From assembly GCA_000004985.1 (NCBI GenBank), contig GG738938.1: a DNA stretch of 56,452 nt, one strand, 5' to 3'. The notes beneath the pieces are model-generated. The model saw only the letters and a list, made by a program, of their open reading frames with translations. It ran no database searches and was not told where the DNA came from. How positions within the stretch are numbered: the first letter of the stretch is position 1; every line of letters starts with the position of its first letter. This document shows positions 45,400-56,018 of this stretch, piece after piece. The position numbers were made by a program, and so were the translations under genes. This DNA is from Naegleria gruberi (lineage: Eukaryota).

Positions 45400-45710
45400 A
45401 TTATTAACATTATTAACATTCAATATACTATCAACATATTTTAATACTATTTCGGAATAAATATAACTACTATCATCGATCCTATCATCACATAATAGTA
45501 AGTAACAACCTACCATAATTAAATACATTCATCTTATTTGAAAACAATTACTATTATTACTTTATAATAATAAGAACAATATTAAATAACTATAAGTATT
45601 TAAATAATTATACTATCATATCTTAATAATTTATTATACTGTCGGAGCCATTTATGTTTTACACTACTATCATTAGTATTAATAGTAAGTAACAATCATT
45701 AACAACAATA
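45400..45710. repeat. extremely AT-rich spacer with internal direct repeats
   Basis: ttattaacat occurs twice in tandem at about 45401-45420. ACTACTATCAT...ATAGTAAGTAACAA occurs at 45466-45510 and again at 45661-45698, about 196 bp apart, with indels. Confidence 0.35.
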
Positions 45711-46134
45711 CTTTTAAATATAATTATAAATAATATTAGAATATAATTGATTAATTATTAAATAAGTGTATTATTAATATATTAAATAATTATGATACTA
45801 ATAGTATATCTATTAAAACAATCTAACTAGTAAGTATTTATTTAATAATTACCTGTATCATTAAATATTAGTATCCGAATAATACAAAGCTGTTATTAAA
45901 TATCAATTTATCATTAAACCAACAACAGTAGGTATTAATTTATTATGTCTACTGTATTAATCAAAAATAATTTTAATCAATTATCCATGTCTTAACTTAC
46001 CTTCAAGCTAATTGGATACTCATATAGAGGCGGTATATAATAATTGCATTTGTCATAGTTGACCAAATTTTCAACTTGTAAAAATTTTAATAAATTTAAG
46101 TCTTTCTTTAAATCAAAAAAACCTTTAATAAACC

Positions 46135-46232
46135 GATTTAATTAACTCCATAAATCAGGCTTTAAATAAAACCACACAACCAAGATTTAATTAAATCCAT
46201 AAAGCAGGCTTCAAATAAAACCAAAAAACACC
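46135..46232. repeat. 49-bp tandem repeat, 2 copies at about 88% identity, plus a partial third
   Basis: gatttaattaactccataaatcaggctttaaataaaaccacacaaccaa at 46135-46183 is followed by gatttaattaaatccataaagcaggcttcaaataaaaccaaaaaacacc at 46184-46232. A related cagattaaaa duplication lies at 46351-46372. Confidence 0.45.
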
Positions 46233-46428
46233 TATTAACTCGCAAAGATTTATACGAACGTTTTTTTTTTCGGCTTTAATCAAAACAAAAAAATCTGCAA
46301 TAAAGTCAAGCAAATTTTTGACTTCAAGATTTATTTAAATCCAAAAAACTCAGATTAAAAGCAGATTAAAAAGTTGCAGGGAACAAAAAGGATCATCCTC
46401 AATAACTACCACAACAATATTGAAAAAA

Positions 46429-47368
46429 ATGATTGTACTTCATCCGACACATTATTGCCTCCCTTCTCATGAACAATCTTTTCATCAGCACTCAAAGATA
46501 AAGTCCGAGAGTAGGAGCAGTTATCATGTTGGTAGGATTTTGCTCTATTTTCTAATTTCCATCTTGGTGATTGTGGTGCTGTATGGTGCCTTGGTATTAT
46601 TCGATACAATGTATATCAAGTTTGATGAGTACAGGTGTGAGATTGCAAATGTTGAGAGGAAGGAATCTATTCAGAGTTTGATTCGGCAGGATTTGGAACA
46701 TTTTGCTTATCCTATTCAAGTGAATATGACTAATGTTGGGAATAATATTGAATGGACATCTTTTTGTAAATATAAGAAATTGAATGAAACTTTGAAATGT
46801 GCTCAAAGTTTATTGGAATCAAGGTCATTTGCTTGTTATGCCAATTCAAAGAAGGTACAATCCACTAGCTCAATCCAAACATCAAGTGATATTTCCCTAA
46901 AGTTATTGGATGAATTTAACTATGATGAATTGTATTGGAGTTTAATAGTATGTGCAGGAGTAATATTCGGATTATCAATTACACTTTTTCTTGTGAACAA
47001 ATATGCTTCAAGTCAAAAAGTCCAAGAATTTATCAGATTTGGAAAGGGAATGAAATGTTTAGGAGAAGATACCAATAATATTGCAATAATATCAGAACAC
47101 AAGTCATCTGAACAACTGGTTATCAATACTGAACATCCTTCTTTGAATATTCTATCGGCCACTTTTCTTCCCGAAGAAGAACTATTCACCTATGAAGCCA
47201 TTCGTAGAAATTCATTCAGATATTTATTGGTTTCCTCTATTATTACTATTGTATTGCTGATAGGTTGCATTATTGCTGGAATTGTAATGTTTGTGTATTC
47301 GTATGCCTCAACTGATGATCAGACAATTGTTTCATGGATGGCTCCAATTCTAATTCTTCCAGTTTTAT
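46429..47368 (+). CDS. membrane protein with three predicted TM helices, 3' end interrupted by a 50-N gap (47369-47418)
   Basis: ATG at 46429 (the ORF track starts at an in-frame TTG at 46420). The helices are ILLYFLISILVIVVLYGALVLF, LYWSLIVCAGVIFGLSITLFLV and LLVSSIITIVLLIGCIIAGIVMFVY. A Cys-containing luminal segment lies between TM1 and TM2. Confidence 0.5.
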
Positions 47369-48030
47369 NNNNNNNNNNNNNNNNNNNNNNNNNNNNNNNN
47401 NNNNNNNNNNNNNNNNNNAACGGAACAAACCAACTGTTGCAGTAATGAGGAAAACATTAATGGAAATAGTAATAACGTTGAGCACAAATAATTACCGAAA
47501 TACCCTTGGAACATTCAGCCAAACAGCTCGTTTTAAACATTTTTTGTGTTAACAACACACCACTTCCCAGTAATCACCACATAATTATCCAAAAGAATCA
47601 TCTCCTATGCTACTGCTTGAACCTTGCACGTTATAATTTTACATTTCACAACAATATATTGACCTCTATGGGAAACGCATGTACTTACATTGACATCTTT
47701 TGTCCCTTGGTTGTTCCAGCAGTTTTTGGGAAAGTGATTCCCTTAAGAATCAATATCCTTACCTTATCAGTTTGAACTTAACAGAAAAATTTACAGAAAA
47801 AAAAGCGCCACCCTCTCTTTATTGAGCCGTTTCTCAAAAACAAAAGAACTGTTGTTTATTTGCTCTCTTTTCTGTATCAGTTAAAACTCACCTTTGTGTA
47901 TTGTGTGATAGGAGAGTGTTGGATTTATAACTAAGGTTCCTTAATATCTAGTATCTACTATTAAACTGCTATCATCAAAATAATCATATAATATAATTTA
48001 TTTTCTAGGAATATACAACCAACTGTAAAT

Positions 48031-49590
48031 ATGAGTAGGAGAGGAAGTATTATTGGTTCAGATGGTGAATCCGGAAGTGTGCTAGATTATAACTTTTCTA
48101 CCAATGTTGCCTCAATAGATAAGCGAAGTTATATTACTTCAACAAGACAACCTAATGATGCCAATGCAGCAGGTAGTGTTGTGAATGCTTCACAAGTGGG
48201 TAGTACCACATCATCACTGGAAGATTACTATAATGAGTCTATTGTTACTCAGTTAGAGGAGAGATCCTTCATGTTCCTTCTTAATTTACAAACCAGACAA
48301 GAATTAGTTGGAAGAAATGAATATATCAAAACTCTACTCATCAGACTATATTTCATATGGGCAACATTAGTGATTGCCATTCAACCTAGTTATAACTTTG
48401 GCGAGTATGGAAGGTGGATAGCAAGAGCTGTTAATTATCCTCTAACATTTGGTTTTGAACATTTACCTTACACTGCAGCGGTCATTATTGCAGGTATTAT
48501 ATTTGCCATACAGCTACTTCAAGTCATTATTTTAATAATTGCCTACAGATCTATCTACAGAATGAGCAAGTATTGGCCCAAAATCAAAGTCATTACTAGA
48601 ATATTGAATGTAACAATCTCTTTAACAAGTTTGCCAATCAGTTGGCTCATGTTGGGGTTTTTGAATTGTAATTATTCGTCAGCAGTGCTGGTCACTTCTT
48701 CAACAACAGCTGAACAAGTTTTGAATAGATTTCCTGACGTGGCCTGTTATTCGGGCACCAATTTGGCTTTCATTATAATTGGTCTTTTGTCATATGTGCT
48801 CACAATTTTCACAACCTTTGTTGGTTTTTACACAACAACAGATGCAAATCCAAGGAGTGAAACTCCCTTCTTAACATTTGATGCTCATCTCTATTTTTTA
48901 AGCGTTCTAAGCTATCAAATTTACTATTTGTTGATTAATGTTGTAGGAGATCAATTTGTGGTAATTCAAGCAGTTTACTTTGTGGTAGCTAGCTTTTGCA
49001 TCACTATTTTCTTTTTATTTTCAATGCCTTTTTATAGAAGATGGGAGAATGCTGTTTACTTTGGTTTTGTTTGTGCCACTCTTGGAGGTTCTTTGTGTGG
49101 TGTTGTTTCCACATATGTGAATACTCAAAATGAGTATGGTCTTGGTTTAGGACTGTTAGGCATGACTATTGGTGTAATGATAATATTTTCCTTCATTGGT
49201 TGGTTGTGCATGGATTTATGGACTAGATACATTAATAAGGATCTGAGAGGAATATTTATGAATCACTTGGAACGTGGATTAGACAATTTGAGTAATGATG
49301 ACATTATGAATCCTAAATACATTCTAGAAAAGGAGTCTATCAAAATCTTACAAGAAATTGAAGAAACCAATCGCTCAAGAAGACTATTCCTCTTCTTAAA
49401 ATGGTGTATGAAGAAAGGATCTACCTCTACTTTGGGTAATCTCAGTGATTTGGAACTTTCCAAATGTTTTATTAAGGGTGTTGCCAATCAAAAAACTTAC
49501 CAAAATGTTGATTTATTAATTGCAGCCTCCATTATTTGTGGTAACTTTTTTGAAACAGGACAACAAAAATCACTTGCAATTTTAGAAAAA
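48031..49590 (+). CDS. exon 1 (520 codons, about 10 TM helices) of a large multi-pass membrane protein
   Basis: ATG at 48031. Numerous hydrophobic helices are present, for example LLIRLYFIWATLVIAIQP, AAVIIAGIIFAIQLLQVIILIIAY and LAFIIIGLLSYVLTIFTTFVGFY. The exon ends at AAA|GTACGT. Confidence 0.55.
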
Positions 49591-49634
49591 GTACGTATTT
49601 AAAGTATTTTCATTTATCTAACAAATTTATTCAG
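49591..49634 (+). other. 44-nt intron (GTACGT ... CTAAC ... TTATTCAG)
   Basis: The intron has a canonical donor, a CTAAC branch-site motif 14 nt upstream of the acceptor, and a YAG acceptor. Removing it keeps phase 0 and continues the frame into ORF 49725..50024 (AKKNQPSLLQRFTIVERTKEIETILDSGKGLLEIKHILQKVEKK...). It is the same length as the intron at 2394-2437. Confidence 0.5.
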
Positions 49635-49862
49635 GCAAAGAAAAATCAACCCTCTCTGTTACAAAGATTTACTATTGTAGAGAGAACTAAAGAAATTGAG
49701 ACAATTCTTGACAGTGGCAAAGGATTGCTAGAAATTAAACATATTTTACAAAAAGTTGAAAAGAAACAACAAATTATTTCCTCACTCCACAAGTCCTTCT
49801 TTAAAGAATTTATTAATGATAATATTTCGTTCGAGAAGGTAGAAAGTATCAACAAACAAATA
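49635..49862 (+). CDS. exon 2 of the same membrane-protein gene, running into a 50-N gap (49863-49912)
   Basis: The frame is open from the acceptor to the gap. Confidence 0.45.
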
Positions 49863-49965
49863 NNNNNNNNNNNNNNNNNNNNNNNNNNNNNNNNNNNNNN
49901 NNNNNNNNNNNNAACACACACACAATATTTATTTATTCTTTTTCCTGATTCTATCTTTTCTTTCA

Positions 49966-51694
49966 ATGTGTATTGTATCTATTGGTATTGGTATGTCAGT
50001 TTCCTTTGCTGGTCAGCTCTCTAGCAACATTAAGAATTCCTACTATGTTTGCATGCCATCTGCTGTACCTAGATTGCTTTTGAGGGAAATTAGAGTATTC
50101 CAAAACTTTATGATACTCTATCCAACCTATAAGAATGAACTTATATCCTCTGGTTTACATGATGTGGTTAATGTTACAAACTTTTTCCAAGACAAATTAG
50201 AGAGAATGGAAAAGTATAAGGGACTTTTGGATGAGTTAAAATTGGCTGAGGCCTCTGGTACAATGTCTTCTGAATCCATAGCAGACTATACCAATCCTAT
50301 ATATACTCTTGTTACACCAGTTCTCTATTACAGTAATGATTCAACAATTCCTTCTGATTACATTCAATCCAAAAATGCTTCCATTTCAGAAATTACTGAT
50401 AGTTTAATCAAATATGCCAAGACTTATTTGAAGAAGGAAGCAAATGGCTTTAATACTACAATAACATCTGGTGATTTCATGTTTTTATGGACAAATAGAA
50501 ATGGAGGTAGCTCAGCTTTTGATGCTTATTGTGATTTATTTTTGCGTAGAAATTCTGAATCTGTTCAAAATATGAACATTCAATTTATTGCCTTCTACGT
50601 AGCTGCAGTTGTTGTATATGGTGTTTGTGCAGCAATTGTGGTTATGATATTGTTAGTACATTTGAGGTCATTGAGATCATCTATTAAGTTTATTGCCACA
50701 ACCTTACCCAAGGATCAAGTTGGTAAAATATTTCAAGGTCTCGACAAGAAGTCTGATGAAGAAATGGATATCAAAGAGAATGGAATTATTTCAAAACCTC
50801 AGACAACTATTTCACTCGTTGTTGTGTCAAGTATCATTGTAACTGTTCTTTGCATTACAATGCTTTTCGTTGATATGCAAATTATTTCTAATACTGAAAG
50901 TTTAGCGATTAAATACGTTACTTCTGGAGTTGAAATTTTCAGAAATACAAACAGAGCAGCCTACCGTATGACAGAATTATTTAGTTTTATGAGATATACT
51001 TCCAAGAGTAGTTTGAATGATGATCGTTTGCTCTCACAATCAGACCTTAGCACTTACCACGTTCAAATGAAATCACTATTTGGAACTATTGCTTCTTCAT
51101 GGGAAGTATTAAGATATGGTGGTAGATTTATGAATACTTATGAGGATATTGATATTCTTATTTCTCCAATTACAAATTGTACCAACGTTTCCACATTTTA
51201 TTGCACCAATTTGGATGAGCTCGTTACAGAAATTAGTACTGTGTCATTAAGATTGAACGAAGATGTATATTACAGTAATTACGCTATAGACAATTTATTC
51301 TTGACCTTGCTTAAGGGAAGTGAAATGTCAAATGCCCTTATGGATAGAATAATAGACATTTTTGATTTATATTCTACATATGCATCGACTCCAAGTTTTA
51401 CATTATCCATAATTGCAGTTGTTATAGGATACATTGCATTAATATCACTATCATATTTTGCATATGTGTTAATAAGAGATTTTTGGGATCAGATTCAACA
51501 ATTAAGAAGTTTACTCAATTACTTACCTGTGGAGTATATTGATTCCAATGATGCTCTTAAACAATTTGTACTTTTCAATGATCTCTCGTCTAAATCTAGG
51601 GCCTCTTCATCAGAAAAAAGCAAGGAAAAAGATGGTGGTGGAGATGGTAAGGTGAGGGCAATTTTGAATTCTGCAGTTGATGGAGCCATTTTAT
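49966..51694 (+). CDS. further coding sequence of what is probably the same large membrane protein (at least 576 codons; TM helices flanking large Cys/N-glycosylation-site-rich domains), truncated by a 3,084-N gap (51695-54778)
   Basis: This is a long open frame in host-like composition. Hydrophobic helices are IQFIAFYVAAVVVYGVCAAIVVMILLVHL, ISLVVVSSIIVTVLCITMLFV and FTLSIIAVVIGYIALISLSYFAYVLI, separated by long N-x-S/T-rich segments. The frame relative to exon 2 cannot be determined across the gap. A short intron may lie between 49913 and 49966. Confidence 0.45.
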
Positions 51695-54600
51695 NNNNNN
51701 NNNNNNNNNNNNNNNNNNNNNNNNNNNNNNNNNNNNNNNNNNNNNNNNNNNNNNNNNNNNNNNNNNNNNNNNNNNNNNNNNNNNNNNNNNNNNNNNNNNN
51801 NNNNNNNNNNNNNNNNNNNNNNNNNNNNNNNNNNNNNNNNNNNNNNNNNNNNNNNNNNNNNNNNNNNNNNNNNNNNNNNNNNNNNNNNNNNNNNNNNNNN
51901 NNNNNNNNNNNNNNNNNNNNNNNNNNNNNNNNNNNNNNNNNNNNNNNNNNNNNNNNNNNNNNNNNNNNNNNNNNNNNNNNNNNNNNNNNNNNNNNNNNNN
52001 NNNNNNNNNNNNNNNNNNNNNNNNNNNNNNNNNNNNNNNNNNNNNNNNNNNNNNNNNNNNNNNNNNNNNNNNNNNNNNNNNNNNNNNNNNNNNNNNNNNN
52101 NNNNNNNNNNNNNNNNNNNNNNNNNNNNNNNNNNNNNNNNNNNNNNNNNNNNNNNNNNNNNNNNNNNNNNNNNNNNNNNNNNNNNNNNNNNNNNNNNNNN
52201 NNNNNNNNNNNNNNNNNNNNNNNNNNNNNNNNNNNNNNNNNNNNNNNNNNNNNNNNNNNNNNNNNNNNNNNNNNNNNNNNNNNNNNNNNNNNNNNNNNNN
52301 NNNNNNNNNNNNNNNNNNNNNNNNNNNNNNNNNNNNNNNNNNNNNNNNNNNNNNNNNNNNNNNNNNNNNNNNNNNNNNNNNNNNNNNNNNNNNNNNNNNN
52401 NNNNNNNNNNNNNNNNNNNNNNNNNNNNNNNNNNNNNNNNNNNNNNNNNNNNNNNNNNNNNNNNNNNNNNNNNNNNNNNNNNNNNNNNNNNNNNNNNNNN
52501 NNNNNNNNNNNNNNNNNNNNNNNNNNNNNNNNNNNNNNNNNNNNNNNNNNNNNNNNNNNNNNNNNNNNNNNNNNNNNNNNNNNNNNNNNNNNNNNNNNNN
52601 NNNNNNNNNNNNNNNNNNNNNNNNNNNNNNNNNNNNNNNNNNNNNNNNNNNNNNNNNNNNNNNNNNNNNNNNNNNNNNNNNNNNNNNNNNNNNNNNNNNN
52701 NNNNNNNNNNNNNNNNNNNNNNNNNNNNNNNNNNNNNNNNNNNNNNNNNNNNNNNNNNNNNNNNNNNNNNNNNNNNNNNNNNNNNNNNNNNNNNNNNNNN
52801 NNNNNNNNNNNNNNNNNNNNNNNNNNNNNNNNNNNNNNNNNNNNNNNNNNNNNNNNNNNNNNNNNNNNNNNNNNNNNNNNNNNNNNNNNNNNNNNNNNNN
52901 NNNNNNNNNNNNNNNNNNNNNNNNNNNNNNNNNNNNNNNNNNNNNNNNNNNNNNNNNNNNNNNNNNNNNNNNNNNNNNNNNNNNNNNNNNNNNNNNNNNN
53001 NNNNNNNNNNNNNNNNNNNNNNNNNNNNNNNNNNNNNNNNNNNNNNNNNNNNNNNNNNNNNNNNNNNNNNNNNNNNNNNNNNNNNNNNNNNNNNNNNNNN
53101 NNNNNNNNNNNNNNNNNNNNNNNNNNNNNNNNNNNNNNNNNNNNNNNNNNNNNNNNNNNNNNNNNNNNNNNNNNNNNNNNNNNNNNNNNNNNNNNNNNNN
53201 NNNNNNNNNNNNNNNNNNNNNNNNNNNNNNNNNNNNNNNNNNNNNNNNNNNNNNNNNNNNNNNNNNNNNNNNNNNNNNNNNNNNNNNNNNNNNNNNNNNN
53301 NNNNNNNNNNNNNNNNNNNNNNNNNNNNNNNNNNNNNNNNNNNNNNNNNNNNNNNNNNNNNNNNNNNNNNNNNNNNNNNNNNNNNNNNNNNNNNNNNNNN
53401 NNNNNNNNNNNNNNNNNNNNNNNNNNNNNNNNNNNNNNNNNNNNNNNNNNNNNNNNNNNNNNNNNNNNNNNNNNNNNNNNNNNNNNNNNNNNNNNNNNNN
53501 NNNNNNNNNNNNNNNNNNNNNNNNNNNNNNNNNNNNNNNNNNNNNNNNNNNNNNNNNNNNNNNNNNNNNNNNNNNNNNNNNNNNNNNNNNNNNNNNNNNN
53601 NNNNNNNNNNNNNNNNNNNNNNNNNNNNNNNNNNNNNNNNNNNNNNNNNNNNNNNNNNNNNNNNNNNNNNNNNNNNNNNNNNNNNNNNNNNNNNNNNNNN
53701 NNNNNNNNNNNNNNNNNNNNNNNNNNNNNNNNNNNNNNNNNNNNNNNNNNNNNNNNNNNNNNNNNNNNNNNNNNNNNNNNNNNNNNNNNNNNNNNNNNNN
53801 NNNNNNNNNNNNNNNNNNNNNNNNNNNNNNNNNNNNNNNNNNNNNNNNNNNNNNNNNNNNNNNNNNNNNNNNNNNNNNNNNNNNNNNNNNNNNNNNNNNN
53901 NNNNNNNNNNNNNNNNNNNNNNNNNNNNNNNNNNNNNNNNNNNNNNNNNNNNNNNNNNNNNNNNNNNNNNNNNNNNNNNNNNNNNNNNNNNNNNNNNNNN
54001 NNNNNNNNNNNNNNNNNNNNNNNNNNNNNNNNNNNNNNNNNNNNNNNNNNNNNNNNNNNNNNNNNNNNNNNNNNNNNNNNNNNNNNNNNNNNNNNNNNNN
54101 NNNNNNNNNNNNNNNNNNNNNNNNNNNNNNNNNNNNNNNNNNNNNNNNNNNNNNNNNNNNNNNNNNNNNNNNNNNNNNNNNNNNNNNNNNNNNNNNNNNN
54201 NNNNNNNNNNNNNNNNNNNNNNNNNNNNNNNNNNNNNNNNNNNNNNNNNNNNNNNNNNNNNNNNNNNNNNNNNNNNNNNNNNNNNNNNNNNNNNNNNNNN
54301 NNNNNNNNNNNNNNNNNNNNNNNNNNNNNNNNNNNNNNNNNNNNNNNNNNNNNNNNNNNNNNNNNNNNNNNNNNNNNNNNNNNNNNNNNNNNNNNNNNNN
54401 NNNNNNNNNNNNNNNNNNNNNNNNNNNNNNNNNNNNNNNNNNNNNNNNNNNNNNNNNNNNNNNNNNNNNNNNNNNNNNNNNNNNNNNNNNNNNNNNNNNN
54501 NNNNNNNNNNNNNNNNNNNNNNNNNNNNNNNNNNNNNNNNNNNNNNNNNNNNNNNNNNNNNNNNNNNNNNNNNNNNNNNNNNNNNNNNNNNNNNNNNNNN

Positions 54601-54778
54601 NNNNNNNNNNNNNNNNNNNNNNNNNNNNNNNNNNNNNNNNNNNNNNNNNNNNNNNNNNNNNNNNNNNNNNNNNNNNNNNNNNNNNNNNNNNNNNNNNNNN
54701 NNNNNNNNNNNNNNNNNNNNNNNNNNNNNNNNNNNNNNNNNNNNNNNNNNNNNNNNNNNNNNNNNNNNNNNNNNNNNN

Positions 54779-55234
54779 ACTTTTCATTTCGTTTCTTGTT
54801 ATCTTGCTTCTTGACTTGCTTCTTTTCTTCTTGCTTTACTTCTTGAGTTGCCTTCTTTAAAAGTTCATTCTCCTGCTCCAATTTAAAAAGTTTTTCTCTT
54901 TCAATCATTTCAAGTTTTCTTTGCAATTCCTTATTTTCTTGTGCAAGCTTTTCCTTTTCTTTTTTTTCCTTTCTCAACTTTTTTAGCTCCAACGCTACTT
55001 GTTCTTCCTTCTCCTTCTCAATTTCTCCTTTTCCTCTCTTTCTTCACGTGCCTTAACCTGAAAGTAATTAGCTCGCTTTTGAGTTTTTTCCCATTCTTCT
55101 TGTTTTAATTGTTCTTCCTTTCTGTTGATTTCTTCCTCCTTTTTCCTTAATTCTTCCCTCTTTCTCATTTGTTCTTCTTCTTCTCTTTTCTTTTCTTCTT
55201 CCTTCTTGGAGGAATTTGTTAAAAAACCAAACAT
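54779..55234 (-). CDS. 5' part of an E/K/R-rich coiled-coil protein gene (ATG at 55234), running into the gap; frame break near 54995
   Basis: The ATG at 55232-55234 is followed by MFGFLTNSSKKEEEKKREEEEQMRKREELRKKEEEINRKEEQLKQEEWEK.... A TAG falls at 54995-54997. The same strand then continues in another frame with an identical charged heptad-like composition (LELKKLRKEKKEKEKLAQENKELQRKLEMIEREKLFKLEQENELLKK...) up to the gap. Confidence 0.4.
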
Positions 55235-56018
55235 TTTTTTTCAAGTTGGAATTGTTGAATTGTGTTGTGGTGACTTGTGTTTGAGAGTGTGTGGTTTACG
55301 GTTGAATCTTTCTATTACGGTTCTTTTTATGGTTAAAATTGAGGATTGTAAACAAGCTCAATGTTGGACGATGAAGAAATCAACACAGCTTGGGATTCCC
55401 CGCCAAATTTTTAACATTGGTGGGGAAAACTAAGGAAGTCTTGAAATTTCAGCGCTCTTAAAAAATTGTTTCCTAACCAAACCTTAGAGTCGCGGCAGCG
55501 TAACTTGGCTAGTTCTCCCAATGATGAATGTAGTGGTGCTCATTCAATAATATAGGTATGTTATAACAACATTCCTAATTCCACAACATCATTGATACGA
55601 AGAAGATAAATTTGATCTAATCGGAAACAATAAATTGTTCAAAGAAAAGTATAAAATGCTATTAAATAATATTGGTCTGTGAAGTTTCTAATATCTTATG
55701 TCTCCAATACATACCGAATATCAAGATCACTTTCGCAACATCCAACATGAGAACCTATTGTGAAATAAACCAGCAACCCAAAGTCTAAACATTCACAGAC
55801 ATCTGATTGACCCATCACAACAATCAACAAGAAAAAAAAATTTACAAAGCTTTCATCACTGAATAATTGTTGTGTATTTGCTGCTAGCTATTATTTATCC
55901 ATTCTTCTCTCCACTTTCTAAAAGAAATTGATAACAATTAACTTGTTTGCATCTCCTCTTGAGAAGAGTTTCGAATAATATTTAAAAACAAACAACAACA
56001 ATCGTTGCGCGATCAACA

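Larger units (their letters stand above)
40378..46382. mobile_element. candidate ~6.0-kb CACTA/En-Spm-superfamily (TnpD-like) DNA transposon or its remnant. It is an AT-rich island between two host genes with candidate 9-bp terminal inverted repeats TCCCTGCAA/TTGCAGGGA.
   Basis: GC drops abruptly to about 20-25% between the stop of the upstream gene (40345) and the ATG of the downstream gene (46429). The island contains a Transposase_21-type transposase and a divergent unknown ORF. It also holds a GC-rich non-coding block and AT-rich repeats. TCCCTGCAA at 40378-40386 is the exact reverse complement of TTGCAGGGA at 46374-46382. No target-site duplication is evident (flanks TTG and ACA). Confidence 0.4.

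Noticed and set aside
51519-54992. ORFs of 1,045-1,157 aa spanning 51519-54992 on both strands
   Set aside because: These are translations of the 3,084-N gap. Only the real edges are interpreted (49966-51694 on + and 54779-55234 on -).
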